In this document: positions 34,867 through 46,712 of the stretch, piece by piece
Position numbering within the stretch: the first letter of the stretch is position 1
Layout: each line of letters begins with the position of its first letter
Assembly: GCF_964204645.1 (NCBI RefSeq)
Contig: NC_134033.1
Location: forward strand, 950,131-1,014,130
DNA: 64,000 nucleotides
Origin: Tubulanus polymorphus
Taxonomy: Eukaryota > Animalia > Nemertea
Direction: 5' to 3'
Position numbers and translations under genes: made by a program
Notes under the pieces: generated by a model
What the model was told of the DNA's origin: nothing
What the model saw: only the letters and a program-made list of their open reading frames with translations
The model's database searches: none

Positions 34867-37572
34867 CGTATCTCTTTAACACCCGTATTGCTCGGGTTAG
34901 TTTTACTACCAACGGGTGGCGCTGTATGTAAATTTCACATAAATCAACGACTTTCGGCTATTAGCGGTACTTAAGACCACTTGAAAACATCATAGTCAAT
35001 TGCGGTAGTAGTGAAAAAAAAAGATACAGTACAAAGATACAGTACGGTGTACAGTTAAGGACATGATTCCATAGGACCCATACTAGAGACATTTTATTCA
35101 GACAAGGACTATTAGTTTAACATAATCTTCATGACATTTTCAGCAATTAATGATCTGTTGAATTAATTAGTAATTCAGTCTTTCGGTGGTTCGAGATAAA
35201 ATGCCCGCAAAATAAGAACCTAACGAACCAGGGCTGACCACAAATTGCCCACCAGATAAATTTTCGAAACGACACAATCCAATCATGTTTGGTATCAAAT
35301 GTGGCTCGGACCATGGTCTATTAACTGACCACTGCATGACCAGTACCATATATAGTAAATTATTTGTTTTGCAAACAATCAAGTTGTTTGGTGTCAAATA
35401 ACTAGAAATGATGTGGGCATTAATCTAAAAATTGTTTAACTGACCAATACTTGACCAGTACTGACCAGTTATCAGTGCTAACCATAACCCCCCATAAGTA
35501 ATTTATATGTTTAGTAAAGCCATAAAATCGTGTTTGGGCGTCGAGCGACTAAATATGGCGCGGGCTATGATCTAACAACTATTTAACTGACCTATTTTTT
35601 TTACCAATACTGACCTTTAAGTAATTTGTCTATTTTAGAAGCAACACAGTCGTGTTTGGTATCTAATAATTAGATATTGTGTGGGCTTTCATCTAACAAC
35701 ACTATTCCAACTGACCAAATCTTGACCAATACTGACCACATAGCTATATTTATCTGTTTCAGAAACAACTTAGTCGTATCTGGTATCAAATGATTTCATT
35801 TGGCCTGAACGTAAATATAACAGCTCTTCTAGATGTATAAGCTACACAAGTACTCTCTAATTACCGGTTAAATGTTTTTAGAAATGACACGGGGTTTTGC
35901 CTGAACCCTTCGTTAGAACTACTAGCTCTTATATTTAAATTTGTCGCTTGAAAAGTCTTGTCAGATTTTTATAGTAGGTAGCGAGCTAACTTTGGAATTT
36001 CCTACTAAAGTCTATCCCAGTGGTTATGATCGCGGTGCATCAAACAGTTCATATCATCGCAGATCTGGAACCCTGTGGTTTCTATGTGCTCAACCCTGCA
36101 AGTAACTGAGGTCAGGCAACTACAACATTCAAGAGTGAATAACACTAAAGTTTTCCCATCCTGGTCATTCACTTCTCTTTATTCCTCTAGATTTGGTTTT
36201 TTCTTGTATATTCTCAAAAGTGCTGCCAAATAGCAGTGAAAACGTGTGGACTCCAGTCAGGTCCAGGCTTCTACTTATCAGAAATTATTGAAACATGAAA
36301 CATGAAGCTAGGTCAATAAGCAATTTCTTTTTATGAATGACTTTAAGAAAACTGGAAAAAGAGAAACATCTGTACCGGTATCGTACCGGTACATTTTTTT
36401 GCCATTATGAGAATGCCGGTTTGCTAGCGTATCTCTTTAACACCCGTATTGCTCGGGTTAGTTTTACTACCAACGGGTGGCGCTGTATGTAAATTTCACA
36501 TAAATCAACGACTTTCGGCTATTAGCGGTACTTAAGACCACTTGAAAACATCATAGTCAATTACGGTAGTAGTGAAAATAAAAAGGTACAGTACAAAGAT
36601 ACAGTACGGTGTACAGTTAAGGACATGATTCCATAGGACCCATACTAGAGACATTTTATTCAGACAATGACTATTAGTTTAACATAATCTTCATGACATT
36701 TTCAGCAATTAATGATCTGTTGAATTAATTAGTAATTCGGTCTTTCGGTGGTTCGAGATAAAATGCCCGCAAAATAAGAACCTAACGAACCAGGGCTGAC
36801 CACAAATTGCCCAACATAAATTTTCGAAACGACACAATCCAATCATGTTTGGTATCAAATGTGGCTCGGACCATGGTCTATTAACTGACCACTGCATGAC
36901 CAGTACCATATATAGTAAATTATTTGTTTTGCAAACAATTAAGTTGTTTGGTGTCAAATAACTAGAAATGATGAGGGCATTAATCTAAAAATTGTTTAAC
37001 TGACCAATACTTGACCAGTACTGACCAGTTATCAGTGCTAACCATAACCCCCCATAAGTAATTTATATGTTTAGTAAAGCCATAAAATCGTGTTTGGGCG
37101 TCGAGCGACTAAATATGGCGCGGGCTATGATCTAACAACTATTTAACTGACCTATTTTTTACCAATACTGACTAATACTTTAAGTAATTTGTCTATTTTA
37201 GAAGCAACGCAGTCGTGTTTGGTGTCTAATAATTAGATATTGTGTGGGCTTTCATCTAACAACACTATTCCAACTGACCAAATCTTGACCAATACTGACC
37301 ACATAGCTATATTTATCTGTTTCAGAAACAACTTAGTCGTGTCTGGTATCAAATGATTTCATTTGGCCTGAACGTAAATATAACATCTCTTTTACATGTA
37401 TAAGCTACACAAGTTCTCTCTAATTACTGGTTAAATGTTTTTAGAAATGACACGGGGTTTTGCCTGAACCCTTCGTTAGAACTACTAGCTCTTATATTTA
37501 AATTTGTCGCTTGAAAAGTCTTGTCAGATTTTTATTGTAGGTAGCGAGCTAACTTTGGAATTTCCTACTAAA
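34867..37572. repeat. Two ~1.14-kb direct repeats (~34867-36009 and ~36427-37572) separated by a ~420-bp spacer
   Basis: Both start GCGTATCTCTTTAACACCCG and end GGAATTTCCTACTAAA; near-identical. Confidence 0.9.
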
Positions 37573-39929
37573 TGCAAAAGATTATCTCGTGGGGTTTTGA
37601 ACGAACAATGTTTCGATTTGTAATTGTAACGTGCGCATTTGAGCCTGTAACGTGCACATTTCACTCGCGTGAACGTGCCTATCGGTACCATTATGCGAGA
37701 CTTGTTCAAACTGAACATTAAAGAAGATATTATATCATATCATATATATGAATATAGAAGGAATGATAATGTAGTAGTTTCGTAGCTGCTCTCCACTGAC
37801 CACAGATCAAAGTTAATCGCCTGATATGAAGTATATATTGTTATAGGGATGTAGTAGTTCAGCGAGAATTCAAACTTATGGGTAATTCTGAGTGATCACT
37901 CAAAATTACCCATAAGTTTACGCTGACCAATAGAGAAAGCTGTAAGGCCTAAGAAAAGATGCATTAAGTATAACGTATCTTTCAATATAATGAAGAAGTA
38001 TTCAATTGGCCATCTGATCACAACAATAGTGACTTGTCTTATTGAAGCAATTATAAAATACCGGAGAGTTAATTGGAGAACCCTGAATTCAAAACAATTC
38101 CACACTCAATCGTTCACTTTGAAAACACAATTTACAATTTGTGGACATGCATTTTTTCTGCACGAAAAGCATGAAGTATATTATATTTGCTTGTAAAAAT
38201 TTGAAGTTTTCGGGGAAGATTTTTGGCCTAACCTGTGAACATGTCCTTCATATATTTTCTTCATATAAGACCGACCCTTGAAATAATGCTGAGAGTTTCG
38301 AGGAAAATTATGGTAGGATGTAAACTTAGGCCGCTTCGTATCCGTGGAAGGTTGCTAATTATTGATTCTATACACAATAATCATAAGTACGTAACATGAG
38401 ATTCGATAGAATATCGTTTTTCAATCATACGTACGCGAATTATCGCGTTATAAAGATAAATGGTACTTTAATATACTTGTTAAGTCTTATAATGTTTATT
38501 TCTTTAGTAGTACAAATCAAGAGTGGATCTGCAGGCCACCTGAGACTATTCCACGATCTAAGGTCAGTTGCCAAAAGTTAGTAAGTTTACCAGTGGATAG
38601 TTAACATTAATAATGACAATTAAAACTTCATTGCTAAAATAACTTTGTACTTGTAAAATAGTCACACTCAAATGCGGAGAATCGATAATACGATAATACG
38701 ATACGAAAACTCACTGTGTTCAAACAAATTCAAAAAGATGATCTCTAGTGAGAAATTGAACGTTGTGTCGTAATGTTCTAATGATAAAACTTGGTTTGAA
38801 ATTTGAAATCTGTACATAGTGGTTCTTTTTCATATTAACAGTGTATTTGGCCATGTATCAGATTGTATAATGGTTAATCTAAACTAACTGGTCCCAGAGT
38901 TGTATCCTTAATTCCTGTAATAGAGGATGCAATCTTTTTGTGGCAAACAGTACAAATAGCTAGAAAAAGCAACGATAGTGCATTGTTAAACTTGAAGCAA
39001 GCGTACATTGGTTTGTTTAGGTTTTTCGTTGGGAAAATTAATGTTTAATCATTATTGAAATATCCGAGGCGAGCTTTTCCAGGAATTTACAAAGTTGAGC
39101 TTTACACAAGGAATGCTTTTGTAGTCCGATATCCGTGATTACCTCTGGCATGGAGAGATACAATCTAAAACGTAGTCAAATATTTTACCACAATTTTCTA
39201 TGATTAGTAAAAAGATTGAGTACCGGTAATAGACATAAACATGCAAACAGTAATATCTGAATTCCACTCTATTTCAAACTCATTCATCTTTACACAAACT
39301 CCAACTTGTTGAACAGTTCAAAATCGCGTGGCTTGAATTATTGCGATAGCTAAAATTAGGGACCACGATACTTGCTCATCTACACTGGCTACCAATTTAA
39401 CAAAGGATTGAATTTGTGTGTTTGATGTTGTAACAATACCATACTGAATTATGGTTTCAGTTTCTATTTTTTGATTGAACATTTATATCACATATTGGGC
39501 ATCATTTTTACCAGTATATATGGAATAACTTATCCATATATCATTTTTGATTTTATATAATCTGACTTTTGAGATGTCATTCAATCAATGCATTCATATG
39601 CGGTCGTCGCTTTCAATAGCCACCACGGACTGGCTCCTTATTATCTCCTTAGCGATACCTTGGCGGACGATCCCACACGTTTCTTGCCCCAGCCCTAGAA
39701 TGCTCAATTATAGTCGTCATGAACACCCGATTTGAAATCAAATTCCAAAGACTCCTAAAAACATATCTGCTTACTCGATTACTCTAAAGCGCTTTTGAAC
39801 ATTTATATACAAGAATCAGTGAAATTGGCGCTTTATCAGTTGTATTCATCATTCGAACCCACAATTCTCCTATCCTATGAATGTGGAGACCCATCCTCGT
39901 AAGAGAATGAATATATAGGCTCTGTCATT

Positions 39930-40006
39930 TGATATGAGGCTACGTGTCATCTTTAATTGAAATCATGTGATTTCAATTAAAGGTGACCCGTGGCCCTCAT
40001 ATCATT
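39930..40006. repeat. Imperfect palindrome (~36-bp arms)
   Basis: TGATATGAGG...TTTAATTGAAATCA / TGATTTCAATTAAA...CCTCATATCA. Confidence 0.8.
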
Positions 40007-40933
40007 ACGTTATGTTTTAAGGCTGGGCGAGAATATATTCTTATGTTTTTGTTTCTGTGAATGTTGCTATTTAAGAGTTCAATAATTTCAGTCTTCCAAA
40101 CAAAGGGTTTTTCTTTATGTTTCGTGTCCTGTTTTTCCATAACCCTATCGCATTTTAGGTATCTTTTCGCGGATGACCGAAAGTTGCTGTCCCTTTCTAG
40201 TAATTTGATGATATATGTCGAATTTAAATTTTAAAAAGAAATCAGGCATATCTCCTTGTTTGACTAAGCATGAACTCAACTTTAAGGGGCACTCCCTTAA
40301 AAGGCACCGAAGTGAAATCATGTGTCGAGCGGAGATGACAGAATTTCTTCAAAATCGGCGGGGAAAATTGAGTATTTTGAAAATAATAATTTTACATGTA
40401 TGCAAACCCGTAATATCTCTCTAGAAATAACAATACGACGACAAGCACTTTCGAATCCGACCACGATATTCGAGAAGTTTCACTAGGGCAGTGGTGGTCA
40501 GTGATGGTCAATTTATGAATTTTCAATGGCGAATCCTTTCTAGTTTGACACCGTAACGCGGTAACAGGTAGTGGTCTTTCTACGAAGCCCACGCGGTGAG
40601 CGATATTATTTTAAAAATTTTTTTTTTAAACCACAGTACCACGAAGTAATAAGCATCGTTTAAGCACTTGAAACAGCCATTAACCACTTGAAACTGTCAG
40701 ATCAAACATCATACCGCATCCCCGCAAAGAGGGGTAGTTCAGCAAACCGGAGTTTTCATTGGCCTCTCTAGACTACCCCGGAAAACTCATAATGGCCGGG
40801 AATCGGGGCGGGGTTAGGTTTAGAGATAGAGGTTAGGGGACCAAACCGAAGGTTCGGAGACCCCACTAGTGCACGGGCAGCGGGTTATCCCTGTAAAAAA
40901 AGTAGTAAAAGTTAATTGTTGTAGTGAGGCGGT

Positions 40934-41758
40934 CTACGGGACGTTCATGCCTCGGGGCGTGTTCGTGTCGAGTCGTCGTATCCAGTCTTGTTCGGCTGCT
41001 TCGCGGATCGGTCTCGTGGAGCCTGGTAGGTGTTGGAGACCGTACACCCGAAAGTGTTCGCGGGTGTGGTCGACTTGGTTGAAGTGGTCCGAGACTGGAG
41101 TCGAATTCTTCGTTCTGATGCGTGAGACGTGATGCGTGACGCGTTCTCGTAGAGACATTCCGGTTTGGCCGACGTACAGCATGTTGCACTTGGTGCATTC
41201 GATGCAGTATACAATTTCACGGGTCGCGCAATTGATTGTGCTGCGGATCGCGTGCATTTTGTTGTGGCTGCGGCAAACGGTTGTTTCTCGGATGAGTGGA
41301 CACGTACGACATCTCGGTGTTCTGCATTTCTTGGTGCCTCGACGTCGGGTTGTCGGAGTTCTTTGAGTAGAACTGGAAATAGAAGAATTGGAAACAACGG
41401 AAGTATTTCTGTTACGATGCGGTGAAGAGGGGACTCGGGGAGGGGGTGGCTCCGTGGGTTTGAGCTGCGACGAAGTTAGGAGATCTTTGAGACTCTTTTG
41501 CTTGGTGTAGGCGGTGACCGTGGTTACCTCGTCCGACCGGCCGGTGGCCGTAGCCAGTTCCGTAAATCTGGTTCGGATGTTACGGGCTAGGGTTCTGTTG
41601 GCTTCGGAGTGAGGTAAGATAAGCGGTAAACGCTTTTTCGGCGGTTCGTTGGCCCGTTGTTGTTCTCGTAGATCTCGTTCGGCGTGGTGCCGTAGAGCTT
41701 GGCTTTTGATGTGTCGCAGTTCGCGGTCTTTGTAGCCACGACCTCTGAGTACTTTAAG
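40934..41758 (-). mobile_element. 5'-truncated Penelope-like retroelement (Neptune-type): RT thumb, Cys linker, GIY-YIG endonuclease
   Basis: Uninterrupted ~274-aa frame: LKVLRGRGY...LPLILPH...AYTKQKSLKDLL...CRTPRCRTCPLI...INC...IVYCIECTKCNMLYVGQT...LRERVTHH...DHF...EQDWIRRLDTNTPRGMN. It has the CCHH motif of PLE endonucleases, and the extra Cys cluster in the linker is typical of the Neptune clade. Confidence 0.9.
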
Positions 41759-41832
41759 TTTTAGTTAGGGATCATAGTATAGTTAGTTATCTAGTAGTAG
41801 TTAGTTGCTCTTCGCAAATTTGTGAGCAATAA

Positions 41833-41883
41833 ATCTATCTATCTATCTATCTGTCTGTCTGTCTGTCTGTCTGTCTGCCTGCC

Positions 41884-41924
<41 letters not shown>

Positions 41925-41981
41925 GTCTATCTGTCCATCCGTCTATCCGTCTATCTGTCTGTCTGTCTGTCTATCTGTCTA

Positions 41982-42011
<30 letters not shown>
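41833..42011. repeat. (TCTG/TCTA)n microsatellite
   Basis: Direct observation; lies between the PLE fragment and the tandem array. Confidence 0.95.
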
Positions 42012-42012
<1 letters not shown>

Positions 42013-45000
42013 CCCACCACAGCCTGTTTTTTATGAGTATCAATCCGCTTTAGTCCGGTTAGTTGACTAAATAGTCCAGTTAGTTCACAAATAGTCTGGT
42101 AAGTTCACGTATAGTCCAGTTAGTTCACTAATAGTCCGGTTAGTTGACTAGTAGTCCGGAAGAAGTTGACTGAAGAAGTAAAACAGTGATGAATTTCAGT
42201 TGAAGTCCACCACGTCCAGTATTCATGATGAAGTTTACACACGACAGCCCGACAGAGGAAAACCTGAAATATAAAATTGAAATTACATTAACAGGAAGAC
42301 TGACTGAGAGGTTGGGGGAGGATGGGGTGATGAGGTTGTGGGAGGATGGGGTGAGAGGTTGAGGGAGGATGGGTGAAAAGGGAAGCAAAACAGTACAATT
42401 ACTCTGACATAGTAAAGGCTCAGGCAAAGTTTTCAGCAGTTTTCAGCACGACACTGGATTAACAGATTCTCATTTTACACAAGAGCCCAGCCTGTGGCAG
42501 TGGGAGAAAGCTGGTGTAACTAACTGGTCGAGTCAGCTGGTCTTAACCTGCTGAACAAGATGTGGTGCCGGAGGAAGTTGAAGGTGAAACTATCGCCTGC
42601 ACCATGTGCAATGCAAGCGGCTAGGGTAGTGCGGCCCGTGTAGGCTAGAAAGTGGTAATTGACACCGAGTGAGGTCCCTGTTAGTCTAGTACCTAGCCGT
42701 CGTTCCCTAAACAACCCGGAACTCGTAGTAACAACGACTGACTGATTCAGACTAAATTCGAGTAGGTCCCGGCCTCACTAGTCACTGACAGTGACTGTCG
42801 AAGTGTCTGCGAAGTCACTGGGTCTGGAGTGAGTGAGGTCCCCCTAAAGTGTGTGTACCTGAGGACATGAAAATAAAATATCATGAATGAATTCTTATCT
42901 TTTTTACCAATATCAAAATTCGTACATTTAGAATCACCGCGGCTTTAAAGTCTTTATCAATTGAAGGAATAGTTCACTGTGAATAAAGAATTAGCGATTG
43001 AATTGAGCCCGCTCCACAGTAAAAATAGTGCGATCTAATCTTGGCCATCTAGTGCTGCCCCTATGTATAACGATAGCGTGGAAAACGTGAACTAACATAA
43101 TACTCGCTTGCCAGAGTCTTCGAACGGCAGGAGTGGACGAACTAATTACCGATTTGCGGGCCGGATTCCGAGGAAAATTCTCAAACTCTGAAAACTGCTC
43201 TGAAACGTTCGAACCAAACAATTTTTCTATAAAGGAATGAGCCTTAAAAGAGTTAATTTGAATCGGGGTATTTCTAGTATGGTCTGGGAGAGAGCGATAG
43301 GTGTTTGTATGTTCCCTGTTTATTTGCGCGCAAATAGACTTTATGGAAGAAAAAATATGGACATTTTGTCAATTCTGATGATAAATTATCATTGAAAAAT
43401 GAAAATGAATAATTTATTCAGTATACAAATACTATATTAATTGATAAGTAAGTGAATTTTAGCTAAAAAGAATTAAATATGTTACCTAAAAAATAAGGAA
43501 ATATCATACAAAATTCAGAAAGTATTCAAAGTATCATATTTAATCAGAATTAGACGACACACTGGTCCGTATTGTACGTAATGAGGACATTTAAATTCCG
43601 GCGGTAAATATGCGCTATTTTAGTTCGCAGAAATTCCGCTATCGTTATTCATAGGGGCAGCACTGTACGGTAAATATTTAACTCAGCCTCGCGATCTTAC
43701 TGTGGCATGCGAGCAGTACAGATATTTTTCTTAGCCGAATTTCGTTGATTATCTAATACGATTCCATTGTATATGAATAATTCTACTATCGTTTAAGGTT
43801 TTTCGAAGGGGATCATCTTTTTAAAACGAATTTTAAACCATTTTTGATAGAACTCTTTTGTCTGCGGAATGTATTAGCATCCGGTAAAGCGGTAGGCTCA
43901 CATGCCAAAGGAAGAACTTCAAGCAAATTAAACTTTATTCTCTAAAATAGTGCATTCAACTACCACTAACACTGTAACCAGAAATAATGCTCGGAAACTA
44001 TTAAAGAATAATGCTTAAGAGTAAATTTGAAGTCAAGTTCTCCCAATATTTGTTCGTTTGTTTGTTTATCCTCCCGGTGAGTTCTAACACTGCCCACACA
44101 TATTTATCCAGTTCATCTGATCCTGATCATCAAACTCAAAAAGTCAATAATTCCATCCTAATGATGACAAACATCCTAAAAGATATAAAAGAAACTTAAT
44201 AGATTTGATGTCACCAATCAGTTATACACAGTTAGAGTTAAGTCTAGTTACCGGTGTATCAGAGAAATGGCAATCTAAGGTAGGCTACTCCCAAAATGAG
44301 TGTCAGGGGTCAAATATTTTTTGTCTCCGATTTTGATGAAATTCCGTTCAGACATGTATTAAGGGGTGCTGATCGCAAATCTGAACGAATTTTCCGGATC
44401 CGAGGCAAAATATGCACCCCAAAAATGGGGTACAAAGTCAAAATTTTTTTTTGGCCCAATTTTAATGAAACTTAGTGCAGACATGTTTTTTTGGGGTGCT
44501 GATTACAAATATGAGGTTAGATTTTGGATCCGAGGCAACTAAAATGAGATATTCAGGATTTCGTGTATTGACCCCCTTAATTTCGTCACAAATTTTGATG
44601 AAATTTGCCTGGGAAATTCGGTCCAAAAAAGAATTTTATTCAATGATGTCAAATATTCAATTAATTTTTAAGGTAGAAATTGATGCTCTTACTAAAACCC
44701 TGAATTATAATTCCTGCAACACAATTATAGGCTGCTTCAAATAACCACATTGACAATTCTTATGAAATGCAGTAAACAGTGTTTACAGATAAACTGCTTT
44801 CTCATAATTGTTTTGGAAACTTATAAGAAATTCTACTCACACACTCACTAGCCCTTGTCGAGCAGTAATGGTAGTCCACCGAGTTCCACAAATCCACATA
44901 CAGAGTTCCACACCTCCTGGAGTCCACCACAGCCTGTTTTTTATGAGTATCAATCCGCTTTAGTCCGGTTAGTTGACTAAATAGTCCAGTTAGTTCACAA

Positions 45001-46124
45001 ATAGTCTGGTAAGTTCACGTATAGTCCAGTTAGTTCACTAATAGTCCAGTTAGTTGACTAGTAGTCCGGAAGAAGTTGACTGAAGAAGTAAAACAGTGAT
45101 GAATTTCAGTTGAAGTCCACCACGTCCAGTATTCATGATGAAGTTTACACACGACAGCCCGACAGAGGAAAACCTGAAATATAAAATTGAAATTACATTA
45201 ACAGGAAGACTGACTGAGAGGTTGGGGGAGGATGGGGTGATGAGGTTGTGGGAGGATGGGGTGAGAGGTTGAGGGAGGATGAAGTGAGAGGTTGGGGTGA
45301 GGTTGAGGGAGGATGGGGTGAGAGGTTGAGGGAGGATGGGGTGAGAGGTTGAGGGAGGATGGGGTGATGAGGTTGTGGGAGGATGGGGTGAGAGGTTGAG
45401 GGAGGATGGGTGAAAAGGGAAGCAAAACAGTACAATTACTCTGACAAAGTAAAGGCTGAGGCAAAGTTTTCAGCAGTTTTCAGCACGACACTGGATTAAC
45501 AGATTCTCGTTTTACACAAGAGCCCAGCCTGTGGCAGTGGGAGAAAGCTGGTGTAACTAACTGGTCGAGTCAGCTGGTCTTAACCTGCTGAACAAGATGT
45601 GGTGCCGGAGGAAGTTGAAGGTGAAACTATCGCCTGCACCATGTGCAATGCAAGCGGCTAGGGTAATGCGGCCCGTGTAGGCTAGAAAGTGGTTATTGAC
45701 ACCGAGTGAGGTCCCTGTTAGTCTAGTACCTAGCCGTCGTTCCCTAAACAACCCGGAACTCGTAGTAACAACGACTGACTGATTCAGACTAAATTTGAGT
45801 AGGTCCCGGCCTCACTAGCCACTGACAGTGACTGTCGAAGTGTCTGCGAAGTCACTGGGTCTGGAGTGAGTGAGGTCCCCCTAAAGTGTGTGTACCTGAG
45901 GACATGAAAATAAAATATCATGAATGAATTCTTATCTTTTTTACCAATATCAAAATTCGTACATTTAGAATCATCGCGGCTTTAAAGTCTTTATCAATTG
46001 AAGGAATAGTTCACTGTGAATAAAGAATTAGCGATTGAATTGAGCATGGTCATGGTCTTTTGTCCGAATGTGAATGGCCGTGGAATATGTTCGAATGTTT
46101 TCCTGTCACAATCGGGCGTCAAAT

Positions 46125-46196
46125 AAAATTATGGGATTTGAACCACAAACCATTCGTCTAGCAGTCCAGCACCCTACCCACTACGCTATAGGGACG
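46125..46196 (-). mobile_element. tRNA-derived SINE head or pseudo-tRNA
   Basis: Minus strand GTCCCTATAGCGTAGTGGGTAGGGTGCTGGACTGCTAG...GTGGTTCAAATCCCA: A- and B-box-like motifs, poor cloverleaf. Confidence 0.55.
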
Positions 46197-46319
46197 TACT
46201 GCCAGCCTGCAGGGGAACTCATATTTATCCATTGCTTAAGCAAATTTTATCAAAAAAATAATGCCATCTACCGGGCGAGACAGGAACTACATAGTTCCTA
46301 TCACAACCCGGTAGATGGT

Positions 46320-46712
46320 GGAGAATGAGACCAGAGTAAGGAGAGAGAGAGATGAGGACTATGAGAATGAGAGATGAGAATGAGACAGAGAGATGAGGAT
46401 GAGACGAGACAAAGAGAGATGAGAATGAGAGAGTGAGATGAGGATGAGACTATGAGAATGAGAGATGAGAATGAGAGAGTGAGATGAGAATGAGAGAGTG
46501 AGATGAGGATGAGAGAGTGAGATGAGGATGAGACTATGAGAATGAGAGATGAGAATGAGAGAGTGAGATGAGAATGAGACTATGAGAATAAGACAAAGAG
46601 ATGAGAATGAGAAAGTGAGATGAGGATGAGACTATGAGAATGAGAGATGAGAATGAGATAGAGAGATGAGAATGAGAGAGTGAGAGATGAGAGATGATAG
46701 AAAGAGACAGAG
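46320..46712. repeat. GAGATGAGAAT-type compound purine-rich microsatellite
   Basis: Direct observation. Confidence 0.9.

Noticed and set aside
40866-41425. Several overlapping ORFs on both strands
   Set aside because: Alternative frames of the GC-richer PLE coding sequence.
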